Source of the DNA: Macrostomum hystrix
Lineage: Eukaryota > Animalia > Platyhelminthes
Direction: 5' to 3'
Length of the DNA: 64,000 nucleotides
Assembly: GCA_950097015.1 (NCBI GenBank)
Contig: CATNEN010000041.1
Location: forward strand, 62,001 to 126,000
Of the stretch, positions 24,234 to 36,808 are shown piece by piece (the first letter of the stretch is position 1; each line of letters opens with the position of its first letter). The notes beneath the pieces are model-generated. The model searched no databases. It was not told the origin of the DNA and saw only the letters and a list, made by a program, of their open reading frames with translations. The position numbers and the translations under genes were made by a program.

Positions 24234-24871
24234 CAGCGCTACCACTGCCAATGATACTACTGCCAATATACTACTCACTGACTGGAACAAACTCGCTCAC
24301 AGTACTGCCCGCTGAATGCAACAAATTCCTATTTATTGATTTGGCCCCCGCCTCCCCTTCTGCTGATTTACTGATTGAGTTCCATTGGATTTGCTGCTGT
24401 TTTGTGCAGCTCGATTTATTCCCGACCTCTGATTCGGTCGTCGCCGCATAATTCTTTTTTTATATGTTTAGTTTTTTCCGAATTTTTCCTATATTTTTCT
24501 AGCAAAGGTGTGCAATTGATTTTTTGTCTTGTCATTTTTCTACTAGCCATATCTGAAGTCTTCCCGGCCTCGCTCCTATTATTATCCCGCTGATTGTTAG
24601 ATTTTATTTCCTATCCCATTGTTTTGAGCAGTAGCCTTTTTACTGCGCCTCCCTCTTCATCGAATGCCTGAATTGGATGTTGATTCCGCGCTTTCCCCTT
24701 TTTCCCTACAAATCTGCCGCACTCCCACTCAGTATGCTCATCTGCGCCGCGATTGCTGCCTACTCATAGTAGTTCCGGCCGGCCATTTAATGCTCTGTTT
24801 GTAGCCAATTGTTATAGCTATTATATTAGTGATAAAAGTGCAGAATTATCCGAAATGTCCTTATAAATAAT

Positions 24872-24877
24872 AATAAA
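24872..24877 (+). promoter_or_regulatory. Candidate polyadenylation signal (AATAAA) for CLTC
   Basis: Canonical hexamer about 640 nt after the stop; no transcript evidence. Confidence 0.35.
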
Positions 24878-25975
24878 CCTGCTGGGGTATTGCGCTGAGC
24901 GAGAGGCGAGCTGTGAAATGCACCATTTGCTAATAGACTTCAGCTAGAAATATTCAAAGATTAAATACCTTAAACACCTTAGAGATTGAGCAGCTCGCTG
25001 CTCAGCTCCAGTGTGCTCACCCTGCCGCAAGTCCTAACTGACGGCTCTCCAGACAGTGTTTTCATTTGCTAAAGGCTGTAGTATTTCGAGTAACAGGTAT
25101 ACAGGTACAGAATAACAGGTAGAATTAATACCTAGCTAAGTTGGCCCATTTGTACAGCCAATTGTACAGCTATTGCACGTCGGTAAGGTTTAGCCATAGA
25201 CTATAGGCTATTGTATAGCTCTTTGTGGGAGAAAATCGTGTACTATACCGCAGCGGCACAGTTCCATTTAAATTAGAAATCTGCATTCACCTAAGACCGG
25301 GTTATTGCGAACTGACTTGCCAGAAGACAAAGTAAATGGAAAGACGCGAAAGACCAGTTTTCGTCCCAAACTCATCCGTCTGCTTCTTTGACATGGCTAC
25401 AATGGACTCAATTGACCACTTCTATCGTCGTGTCTTTACTTAAGGCACTCAGCAAGCATGCAAACCGGTTTGCTCATCAGCGCAGTCTGTCTTAAATCAT
25501 GACATTGATTTTACCTCTAAGGGAGAAATATCCTCCCCAATTGTACGAGGACTTATTCCTCTGGGCTGCATATGGCTCGCCTGAATTGCTGACTTCTTCA
25601 TGCGACTGCCGTGTCTCGCTTTTTTGCCTTCAGCTAAAGTACTCGTATTAGTGAAAAAATGCAATACTTAATAGCCGCTTCCCTAGGCCGCACTCCCTTC
25701 TGTCTTTCTTCAGAGCTGTTGGCAAACGGCCTACACGCTGGTTTAGAAGCCACCACCATGCACCCGCCCCAACCTTAATTAACATTAATTACCTTTACAT
25801 GAAAGCTTCAATCTGCATTTCACGTAGAGAAAATCATGTCCGCCTTCATAGACATAAATTTAGACAACTAAAACACGAATGTAGGATATGAACAGGATGA
25901 AAAAGAATGAATTTGAGTACAAACATGAGCTGATGGCATAACGAATCCTATAAGACGAAGAATTTAGTCTGCAAC

Positions 25976-26664
25976 TTAATGGTTACTGGGCGTGCCCGTG
26001 TGTGAAACAAGCGTCGAGTCCTGGAGAACCAGGGCAGGCCTCACAGACAAACAGTCTTTTTCGCTTGACCAGTTGCATAGCAACACCCGGCATCGCTTGC
26101 GAGGCCGAACGAACCTGATCCCTCTGTCTTTGGGCTTTGCTTGGCGAATGAGCAGCAGCTCCAGGAACTGCACCGACACCGGCAACTGCTCTGCCAGGTG
26201 CAGCACAACTGCCAGTCTGTAGAAATTTCTTGGTGCCGCCAGACCTATAGTAGGTGACCCAGGCATTTCGAACAAGCACCACTGCAAGCAGGTGAAATCC
26301 AAGCTTGTGGAAACAGCGAAGGTTCTTGCGATGGGCCAATGTAGGCCGGGTGCAGCAATGCGTCCATGTGGTCGACGCCACCCATGCTAGCAAAATACGC
26401 AAGCAGGCGCACTGGCTTTGGCACCACCTGTATGGCACCTCCTCGAGCACGGGTGCGATGGACTTGGACGCACTCCGCCTTGCTTGCGGTGTAAACACAG
26501 ATTTGATGCCGCTCTGCCTCGTATCGCTTTGGCACGGCATCCAATGTGTTCGGCCTCTTGAAAGGTCTGCCAAGCATCGAATTTGTCCATCTGCTGAGGT
26601 CTTCGAAAAGCTGATCAGTCAGAAACGATTTTAGGAAGGCCTCCGTTTCCAAAAATCGTTGCAA
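25976..26664 (-). mobile_element. Degenerate piggyBac-family transposase fragment (C-terminal part)
   Basis: Frameshifted pieces give KPVRLLAYFASMGGVDHMDAL, FHLLAVVLVRNAWVTY and RKRCRV..FVCEACPGSPGLDACFTHGH, which recall the piggyBac YN..MGGVD..D, NAW and C-terminal Cys-rich motifs. No termini identified. Confidence 0.75.
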
Positions 26665-29009
26665 ATTAAGCTTGCAATATGCAGTATAACATCAAACTGC
26701 TGGGCTTATGTCTGTGGCTTGATTCTTCAACGTAATTAAATATTCATGTTGTTTATTGTAATTACAAACTGTCCACCAATTTAAACATGCATCATCTGAT
26801 ATTGATAAGCATTGTGAAATAAAACACATTAGTTTAAATATGTTAAGCGTGAGTTTATATGCTGCAGTTCAAGAGGCGTGTGCGAGTATAACACAACACT
26901 TTTTTGGAGAACAGCCAATTAAGAAATCAAAGCTGCTACAAGTAATCTCGTGTGCTTTCGACACATGGACTTGTGATGAGCAGCAAATTTTCAGCTAAAA
27001 AAATAAAATAGCCACATATGATGAGCAGTTCTAGCGAATGCATGCAATGCCTCATCTGCAGTAGCCGGGGGTGACTGCAATACCCGGGCCGGTCCGGGAC
27101 AGTTTGCAAATGGCCGAGCAGCAGACTCTGCTCTGCCAGCATCTGCCGCCAGAAATCACGCATCGGCTGAAGCAGGCGGTCACCAGCTGCTGTTGACCTG
27201 CGGGCACCGGTGACGGGAACAATGAGGCAGGCTGCAGCCAATGAAAAGCCGGGAATTAACAGAAGAACTTTTTGTTGCGCATCTTGTGAAACAATAATCA
27301 ATAAGTCGCCAGTACTTCAGATCGTCGAGATATTCAACGGTTCTGCCCGAAGGTCTGAGTTTTCCATTAGAGGCCTTCCTTGCCAGGCCTTCAAACTTTA
27401 TCAGCACGTCACCCGAATGTGCCCGCTTTATCTCAGACTTCGCTGGTCACCGATCATTATCTAGACGGAGCTGCTGGACCTTCAACAAGTGGCACCAGCC
27501 GACTATGGACACCCTGATGCAAACCATTTCGTTGATCAAGCCTCAATTTCCCCTCTTTGGATTAACGGGCGGCAAAATGGCCTTGTGGTGACCTCAAACT
27601 TTGATTGGCTAAGGAATATTTAAAGGCTAATTTGAGCTAATTTTGGCTTGTTGACATCAATTTTGTGTGATGCTCAAATCAATGGTTATGAAAATGAAAA
27701 TTAAATGAAAATGAAAATAAAATGATAATGATAATAAAATGAGGATTAAAGTGTTTAATCCAATACACAATGCCTCACACGCGGTCTATAGACTCAAATA
27801 ATTTTTACTGAAACTTACACAGTAGGAGCATTGCTCCGAGAATGAGTGCAATCCTCTCCAGTCTCATTTTCAATCTTCTATTGACAGTTCGCCAAGTCGC
27901 TGATGTGTTTAGTGGAATTCTAAAGAGCTCTGCGCTGGTTGAGACTTGCAGTTAGAATTATCAGGCATGTTTGCGAAATGCAACTATGTGAAAACACGAA
28001 TTTTGTCTGTGGGGATACTCTAGCTAAATGTCGTTCATCAGCTAAATCAATATCCGAGTAGTATGCATAGGCTACATGCATGGGGATATACGAGTATAAA
28101 AACTGAATTATGCTGCGAGACAAAAAGACAGTTGTCATTATTCGTAATAATGCGCTAATATTTTTTAGAATTAAAACTCCTAAAAATAAAAATTCCACTC
28201 AATGAAGTCAGTCGGATGCTGTTGTTTTGCATCCAATGCGCCACGGCATGCGGGCAATTAAGTTGTCCCAGCAAAGACTCGGTGGGCAAGACTCCAGTTC
28301 AGCTGCGGAGGGTGCAGCCATGCCAGCAATTATGCCTCACAGCAGCAGCGGCGCCCAATTCAACTGGAAATGAGTCCATTTGTCAACTGGATGGCGAGGG
28401 AGAGCAGGAGCAGCTGAGGGGGGGGGTAGAGATTGTATGCCTAGCAACACCGATAAAAAATATTTGGTACCTCTTCGCAAATTTAGGACCAATCTTGCGC
28501 GGTGGTATTCCAGCCAAAAAACATTTGAGCTTGAGTTCACCTTCCTTGCCATCCGCTGTGAGAAATGCGTCAATATCTACGAGAAACAGCAGTTGCGATT
28601 CTGATCGCTGGTGACTCAACAGGCTGTACAGCCCACCTGCCTTACTAGCAGATTAGGTAAATTGGACAGCAATGCCATCAATCAGCGAGCAGGTGGAAGC
28701 ACTATCATTTAAGGCACTAACAAGTTAATAATATTTAAACGGCCTGCGAAGGTCGAAATGCAGTGAGAGGGAATTTTCAACTGGTGTATTTATTATTATA
28801 TAAGTTTGAAAATTCGATAAAATAGTTGCTCAATAAAATACTTTTATATCATTAGTCAGTAAAATCATATTAATACACTCGTATAATAATCCCATTAATA
28901 AAACGGGATTATCCCAATCGCCAAGAAGGGGAAAGATTCGACTACAGGCCGCGCATAGCGAAGTGTGCTGAGCGTCTCCAACACGAGCTCGAATCCTGGC
29001 TGCTCTCGC

Positions 29010-29852
29010 CGGCCCAAGCGGGATTCCGCCGGGGACGCAGTACCCAGGAGCAATTAAGGCGAGTGTGCCAAGACATATTCTATGGTCTCGAACGAGCCCC
29101 ACCTCTCCGGAGCATCCTCAGCAGCATGGACTTCCAAGGCGCGTACGAGAATGCTTGGAAAGACGGCCTGACCTCCAAGATGGTCCGCCTAGCTCGACCT
29201 CGAAGCCCACACTATCAGCTAGACCGCCTCCTCCCTCGAGGACCGCAGGGCCATGGTTCGCTGGAACGACACACTGAGCAGCCAACGCACCTTCCCCGAA
29301 GGCTAGCCACAAAGCTCGGTGCTAGCCCGACCCTCTGGACAATTTTTGCGAAAGACCACACTACTGACGTCGCCAATGCGCCGCCCAGCTGCGGAATCAG
29401 CCTTTACACAGACGCTCCTGACCACACAGCCATCACTGTCCGGATGCGCAGAAGTCATGCAAACAGCCCTGGATACCGTGATCGACTGGTGCTCCCGCTA
29501 AATCAAGCTATTTAGCTTAGTTATTTAGTACCAACAAATGCTGCTACTGCACCTTCACCCTCGCTCCGAACGAGGTCAACGGGAAAGTTCGGGTCCCACT
29601 CCATCTCGGAACTCAGACCCTGAATTTCTACCCGAACCGCAGGTTCCTTGGCCTGGTTCTCGACGGCCAGCTTAACTTTATGGCCCACGCCACTGACATC
29701 TGCAACCACATGAGCCGACCTCGCCGTGCTCTGGCCGGCCTCGCGAGCAGGAAAGCTGGCGCCTCCCAGAACGTCCTCCGCACTGCCTACCTGGCGACCA
29801 TCCGCGCCGTAGCCGACTACGGATGCGGCGGACCATCTTGCGGCAAGCGCAT
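29010..29852 (+). mobile_element. Degenerate non-LTR retrotransposon reverse-transcriptase fragment
   Basis: SMDFQGAYENAWKDGLTSKM (cf. LDxxKAFDxVWHxGL), SPTLWTIF, SLYTD (cf. YADD), and FLGLVLDGQLNFMAH...LRTAYLATIRAVADYGC; multiple frameshifts. Confidence 0.8.
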
Positions 29853-30282
29853 AGTTCTGCCCTCCTGCGACTGACAGTAGAGATGCACGTGACCTCATGC
29901 AGCCGTCAGTCTGACAGTTCTGCCCTCCTGCGACTGACAGTAGAGATGCACGTGACCTCATGCAGCCGTCAGTCTGACAGTTCTGCCCTCCTGCGACTGA
30001 CAGTAGAGATGCACGTGACCTCATGCAGCCGTCAGTCTGACAGTTTCTGCCCTCCTGCGACTGACAGTAGAGATGCACGTGACCTCATGCAGCCGTCAGT
30101 CTGACAGTTCTGCCCTCCTGCGACTGACAGTAGAGATGCACGTGACCTCATGCAGCCGTCAGTCTGACAGTTCTGCCCTCCTGCGACTGACAGTAGAGAT
30201 GCACGTGACCTCATGCAGCCGTCAGTCTGACAGTTCTGCCCTCCTGCGACTGACAGTAGAGATGCACGTGACCTCATGCAGC
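29853..30282. repeat. 63-bp tandem repeat x about 6.8 abutting the LINE fragment
   Basis: Unit agttctgccctcctgcgactgacagtagagatgcacgtgacctcatgcagccgtcagtctgac; copies nearly identical. Confidence 0.95.
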
Positions 30283-31117
30283 TGGTCAAAGAGCCTTGAC
30301 ACTTCAATGTGAAAGAGTCGTAGTCGTAATGTAGACCTTCAATTGCTGCAGAACACATGTTGTAGAAGATGCTGACTTTGATAAAAATAAATTCGACCCG
30401 GTTCTGGCATCAAGCAACGAAAGCTGTCTATGTCCGCGTTCGTCCGGGGCTTGCAAATCAGTTTTTTTAAGTCCAAGTGAAAGTTCAGCTTCCTGAAGTA
30501 GCGAAAGCTCAATTAAAATAGTAATTCCCACTGAAGCAATTCAGCAATGTTGACTAGGTGCTTGGTATTGCTTGGAATCACCAGACTTGATCATTTTAGG
30601 CCTGTTTGTGTGTGCGACGTTTCCCAGTTACAACAAATGCAAATGCCAGTAACAGTAACTTAATTCTTGGCAAATATCGCTGAATATACATGTCGCTATT
30701 TATTTTTTGTTTAAAAATCCTAGCGCAGTTTGCGAGCAGAATAAAAAAGTAACCAATAATCAAATCGAAACCCACCAATGATAGCAACAATTATTTTTCT
30801 CGAAATCATTACTCATAAAAATCATAGAGAATAATATTAAAAGCGTGAACCATTTACTCATTCTTAGTGTGAAACTAAAACACAGCCCCGTAGCTCTGTA
30901 TAGAATAACAAATGAATGGCATGAGTTGCACGAGGGAGGAAACTTTTACCTGGGATTAATGCTCAACCGAGTCTTAACTGATTTGCGCAACTATAACTGA
31001 TTATAATCAATTAGAAAGCTTGGCAATGCCACGGATAGCTAAACAACTTAGTACAGATTCTCGTTCTTTAAACTTAAAATTAGTAAAGCCCATTTATTTT
31101 ACTGGCTGTCACTGCTT

Positions 31118-33040
31118 CTAGGCCTGAAGATCGTTCAGCAGGTCTGGGTATCGCGCCGTCTGCCCCGTCTGCCTGGTGTTCTTGCCCGGCAGCTTAACTT
31201 GCTTGAGGAAGCTTTCTAGAGAGAAGCCGCTGCTCTGCTCCAGTTGCCAGAGCTGCAGCTCCTCCTCGTTGTGCGCTTTGCGGCAGTTTTTCACTTCTTG
31301 TCCCGCCGGTCCCGCGGTGAGGGCTGTGTGCCGCTCACACCTGGCTAGCTGGTGTGTTCTGTTTATGTTATGGAAGTCACGAATGCGGGACCAGGCATTC
31401 TTACTCTGCAGCTTAGCAATCAGCAGCCAAGACTCCTTGCAGGGGTGGCTGTAGACACTCTGTGTAGGCTGATACAGGCTCTGAATGTTGTCCAGGGCAG
31501 TGCAGCAATCGTTGCAGCCCAACCGCCACCAGCACTCGGACAGTGGAAACCGGTCCTGCAAAACAGGATTCTGTAAAGTGCAAAAAAATTAGCATTTAAG
31601 TATGAAAACGAAGTGCAGTAACTCTAGAAGTTTGACACTTACAAAGTTTTTGGGCTTAATTGCTTCGATCCAATTTTTTGCGTCCTTACTGACACTGGGA
31701 TTCACTTTGGCAGCCTCTTCAATTTGTCTAAGCTTGAATTTGGAAACGAAGCGAATATTCGGCAGATCCTTCACTGCCTCTTTCATGAGCTCTATCCCGG
31801 CGGTGTCCTTCAGCTTCACTAGAAGAAATCTTCCAAAGTCGAACTCAACTTGGCATTTCGCTTTTCGGCCAGCTCTGACTTCAGCACTCTGAATGAGGTC
31901 TTCGTATCTCTCACGAATAGACTCCAAGTCGGCGTTGTCATCTTCCTCATCCAGCTCCAGGAGCCTCTTGGTGGCCCAGATATTGCTCTTGTCAACTCTC
32001 TCCAGCCATTTTCTAGCCCTCCTTAGAATTCTTTCCTCTCTATTGTTATTCACCTTAATGTAGTACAGGGCATATTGAAAAGCGAACTCGCTCTTCAAAA
32101 ATGAATTCGAAGAATACTTTAAAGCAACTTCGCCACTTTCCAAGACTTTTAGTTCACTTTGACCGAGCTCGACTATCACATTTGGACCCATCTTCTCCCA
32201 CTCGGCAATCTTCTTCAGGCTGCGGTACACTTTTGGAAGAACTGCGTATGCCCAGTGCGTAGTACAGCGATTCTCCATCTCTATAAAAGCTTTCTCCGCC
32301 AAACTGTTCGAAGTCTTGAAATAGCACTTGGAGTAAGCGATCGCCTCTGCGTATTCGGCCAGGAACACGGGGTGCTGGACTCGAGCTTCGTCCAGAATCG
32401 CTTTGGCCTCACGCCACAGTTCCACTTGCTCTTCTCCTATCTCGGAACTCAGGTCGTGCTGCCGTCTCAGCTGAGCCACGGCAGCCGCCAGACCGTAGCG
32501 CCAGTGGAAGCTCCTTGCCAGTTTGTTTTCTGCCTCTAGTTTCAGCGCCTCTCGAAAAGCCTCGATGGCCTTCTCAAGCTTATCCTTTCCGAAGCTGAGC
32601 AGAGTGCAGCCCTTGGAGCCCCAGACCGTGGCCCGAGTCTTCGGATCTCGCCAAAGCTTTGTCAGTTCCTGCAGCGCTGACATCTCATTCTGAGGGTGGA
32701 ATTCTCGCAGTGCGTGCAGCTCCATGGCTTTGATCAAGAAAGCTACATCTATCGCTAGATGATCATTTTCGACCTGCTTTGCACTTTCAAGGTACTCTCG
32801 GCACTTGGATTCATCAGAGGCTCTCAGTGACATGTACGCCAGGCTGACCATGTGCAACGCCCGCTGTCCGAGCTCGGCGTCCATTCTACTTTGCAAGCTG
32901 CTGATAAGTCTCTTGATGCTTCCTTCGTCGCTTTCTTTGCTGCATGGCTCCCACATGAAGTGGCATTGTACATCTTTGAGCTCTCTCAGTTGGTAGCTAT
33001 CCGTCATTTTCCAGTGAAGTGTAAAAAAGTCTCGAAACAT
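31118..33040 (-). CDS. IFIT-like tetratricopeptide-repeat protein with an extra C-terminal exon
   Basis: N-terminal LRELKDVQCHFMW matches the IFIT hallmark L..L.CHFTW, and VWGSKGCTLLSFGKDKLEKAIEAFREALKLE matches an IFIT TPR. Exon 1 runs from 33040 (or ATG 33007) to 31643 with donor GTAAGT. A pyrimidine-rich acceptor at 31571 leads in phase 0 into a 150-codon open exon (31570-31118). Confidence 0.75.
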
Positions 33041-33598
33041 ATTGGACTTATTTTTGTGAGAAACTATTTTAAATAGACAAATAAAAATTACGTAGGGGCT
33101 AAAAATAGCATCATGATGATATCAGAAAAAGCAAAAATGAAAAGAGCTTTGGTAATCAATAAAAACTCAATACCTGGTATATAGAAATCTAATCCTAAGT
33201 TCAATTTCTAATGCGTTAGTACTCTATCTGGTAAATGTACAGTAGAACATGCCGATTTGCTTATCTCAGACATGTATGCAACTTACATGTACAATAATAT
33301 GCTGGGAATGACGACATGAGAGCAGACGTCATTTTGATAGAAACGTACAGAAGCCAAAAAAAAAGAATCTTAAAAAATTGGGGCCTTGCAGGCACAACTA
33401 TAAGACGTATACGCGTTTTTTTCTTTGCTTTTCTAGCAAAATTTCAATTGGTATCGTCAACGACTCACAGTGAGTGTTTTAGACAGAGTCACAGGACTTC
33501 GTCAGTAGTACATGTAACTAGCAAGGACTACTAAACAACACAGGACGTTGCAATCGCGTTTTGTGCAAATTTTTCAGAAGGCTGGCTAAATGGTAGAT

Positions 33599-33694
33599 TT
33601 ATGCTAGGCTTCCGAGTGCGTAGATAGTCTTTGCACGAGTGCGCGCAGCGCACGAGTGCCATAGACTATTTACGCACTAGGAAGCCTAGCATAA
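33599..33694. other. 96-bp imperfect palindrome (long hairpin)
   Basis: ttatgctaggcttcc/ggaagcctagcataa and agtgcgtagatagtct/agactatttacgcact are reverse complements around a small central loop. Confidence 0.85.
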
Positions 33695-35286
33695 GTGCAT
33701 TGATTTATGACCAAGTGTGTGTGCGCAAGACCAGCTCCTTCGGCCCATAGACAATACCCGTCTGGGATTTACTGGCATAGTAGCTCAGAAGAGGGATGGC
33801 ACGGAGATCAAGTGGAGTATCATTTACCGCACAGTTGCGGAATTTACTGCACACTTCAATCTATTTCTTTGATGGTCTTTGGGCCATAAACTATACACGA
33901 GCTTGAGACGTTTACGCACACTTGGTTATATGTCAATGATATTAAAAGTCTATGGCATATGCTTTATTAAAATATGCACGTAGCTCAATACGCTCGTAGG
34001 AACTTTCAGGCAAATATTTTAGGAGTCAAAATGTGTATTTAAATGAACATTTTTACGAATTCTGTGCAGTATCCGTCGCACAGATTGCAGTATGGTGTGT
34101 TACAGGTATTAAATGAAGCAAACAAAAGAAACTAAAGTATATACTGTACTACCATATGGCACTACCAAACAAAAAACTAAACCAAACAAGGAAATCAGAA
34201 CCAAACATACGGCATATTTGCAACGGACTTAGTTTTGAATGTACAATCTTACGTAAAACTACCAAGGCTGTCATAATATTTAATGTAGCAAAACTAGCGT
34301 GTTGACGGCAACTTTCTCAGTCTTCTTTCATTTGCTCCTGTTTGTAACCTGGGTACTGTAATGACTCAAGAGTCACGCTGTGTGTGGTGCGAAGAAAAGG
34401 TGAGCCCTCTAAGTAGGGCGAGACTGTATTTATGTTGTCTCAACGTTTTCTCAACGTGCCACCGCTACGATCAACGTGCGCGTGGGGGGCATGCACATAG
34501 TGACCTTGGGTTTTCGGGCAATAAGGGAATTCGGTGGACGTCCTAAACCACCTACTATTACTACTATTGAGTAGCAACACGGGCAAAGCCCAGGGAAAAA
34601 GTCAATAAATAAGTAGAAAAAAACTCAAACGCAAATCTGTATGTTTTTATGTTAAAATGTTATTGAAAAAATCACGATTAACTCCTCTGTTAGAAAATCC
34701 AAGTCACTCTGTCCATGAAATATGAACAATGTCCCATCGTATATTTCATAGAGCACAGATAAAATCGAATCTGCATGTGTCCATGCTTCTAGTAGACATT
34801 AAATGTAACTCTACAGCGTCAGCAAACAATTGGGCTTGATTTAGGTGGTAAAATTCATAAAATAGCATAAAAACTAGACCGATGGAAGACAATAAAGTAA
34901 TCTGCAGCAGTGTGTAAAGTTAAAATAGTCTAAACCTTGCTCTAAGAGCGAATGTTACGAGACGGGGCTAAATATGGAAGCAATAATTCATGAAAATACG
35001 GCATGTACTTCTCGGTAAACTTGTCAATTGGAGAGCACGACAGCAATTTACAGCAAAATTTGGCGCGGAACAGCGTAACTTACAGGTGCTTTTCAGAATT
35101 TTTTAAAATGGCCTAACATCTTTGATACACTCTGAACCATTGTTGGACTAATCCCCTGTCTTAGAGAGGAGATCTATGCTTCAGATCCATTGAGGGGGTG
35201 AGCCAGGGAATGAGGGACTGCAGCCCATGATCTCGGTCAAGCTTGAGCTCAAGAAGGAGGGCATTCGGAAGAGACTCGGGCCGGGT

Positions 35287-36006
35287 TCACGCCATTGTCA
35301 TGGCCAGGCGGCGCGCATGTGCCCGCAGGTGCCGCACCAGGTCGCCAGGCCGTTGAAAGCCGCGCGGACAGAGAACGCAGTCGAGTCGCCGGCCGGCAGC
35401 CACGGCAGCCGCATCTTCGTGCGCCCTCCGGTGACTGTCCAGGTGGCTTCGCCGAGCGAAGCGGTGCTGGCACAGGTCGCACTGGAATGGCCGCTCGTCA
35501 GCGTGAAGCCGGCGATGGCTCAGCAGGGAGCCGCTCTGGGCAAAGCTGCGGCCGCATTGGGCACAGGCGAAGGGTCGCTCGCCGGAGTGGGTGCGCAGAT
35601 GCCGCGACAGGTCCGTGTTTCTAGGAAACTGCCGGCCGCACTCATCGCAGGCGAAAGGCCTCTCGTCGGTGTGCCGAGCGCGCAGGTGGCTGCGCAGATT
35701 GCTGAGGCGGGCGAAGCTGCTGGGACATTGCTCGCAGCTAAACGGCCGCTCGCCGCTGTGCACTCGCATGTGGCTGCTGAGGTGGCTCCGTTGGACGAAG
35801 GCGCGGCCGCAGTCGCCGCAGCGGTGCGGCCTGGCGTGACTGCGCCGGTGTCGGGACAGCTGGCGCAGCTCCGGGAAGCGGCGCGGACAGTCCGGACAGC
35901 TGAACTGCTCGGCTTCAGCCGCGGCCGCCATCGCCGACGGCGGCTGGCGCTGCTCCGCCTCGGACTGGTTCCCTGGGTGCTGCGGCTGCTGCTGCAAGTC
36001 GGACAT
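35287..36006 (-). CDS. C2H2 zinc-finger protein (7 fingers, Kruppel-type linkers)
   Basis: Seven CxxC-x12-HxxxH(H) units with HSGERPF/HTDERPF/HADERPF linkers in a 239-aa ORF. Confidence 0.9.
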   Translation of the reverse strand: MSDLQQQPQHPGNQSEAEQRQPPSAMAAAAEAEQFSCPDCPRRFPELRQLSRHRRSHARPHRCGDCGRAFVQRSHLSSHMRVHSGERPFSCEQCPSSFARLSNLRSHLRARHTDERPFACDECGRQFPRNTDLSRHLRTHSGERPFACAQCGRSFAQSGSLLSHRRLHADERPFQCDLCQHRFARRSHLDSHRRAHEDAAAVAAGRRLDCVLCPRGFQRPGDLVRHLRAHARRLAMTMA

Positions 36007-36808
36007 TTCGCGTGCTCAGTGCATGTCACAAGCAGCTCAAAGCTCACTGTGCCAAATAAATGCACGCAGGCTAGCTGGGAAGCGGCAGGCCTGGCGGGTG
36101 GGCATTCCCAGATCTGCTGTTGCGGGTCGCGAGCACCCAGGCCGCTTGCCGCTTCCTTGGGCCCGGCCCGCCGCTTTATCGCCCAGGGGGCCCGCGGCGG
36201 GGGAGGGGGCGAAGTGACGCGCAGGCCGCTCCCTCTTGTCTCCAATCTTTATCAGTCAGAGCGACTGTCGCAATGGCTTGAAAAAGCAAGTCCCCGAAAC
36301 TACGGGAGCACACGCACAGCTTTGACTAATGCGAAATTGCTTAAGAAACTCGAGCTAAAAATAGTTCATGATTCGTCTTCGAAAATGATTTTTTGCCGAA
36401 TAAGTTTTCCTTATGCATTAACCGACTTAAAAACTGGGCGATCAACTTGAGATAAATACGGAAGAAATAACTGCAAGAGGCGAACACAGTGAGAAAGATA
36501 GAAAACAAAACATTGAGGAGCGGTGCTGGCTGCTTACTTAGCTTAGCAAACCGGAATCGATATATTTGTGAAGTCAGAGATACAAGCAAACTATTGAACA
36601 TATTTTTTTTAAAGTAAACAAAAAGAGCAGAAACTGAATAGTGTTTGCTTCAGATTTTTCAGTCGATTGCGCAACGGATGCAATTAAATTAGGCACAGTA
36701 GCGAGGCCTAGATGTGACTTTACTTGAAATTCACACTACAGACTGGCCCCACTAACCCAACAAACTCTCATCCACCAGCGGAACTGAGGTCAAGCTGCTG
36801 GAGGCTGC

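Noticed and set aside
26936-28620. Several 70-130 aa ORFs between the piggyBac and LINE remnants
   Set aside because: No family motif or splice structure; may be further decayed TE sequence but cannot be supported.
35227-36450. 407-aa plus-strand ORF
   Set aside because: Antisense shadow of the GC-rich zinc-finger CDS. The same applies to the many overlapping ORFs across clathrin, UBXN1, WDR90 and the RhoGEF.
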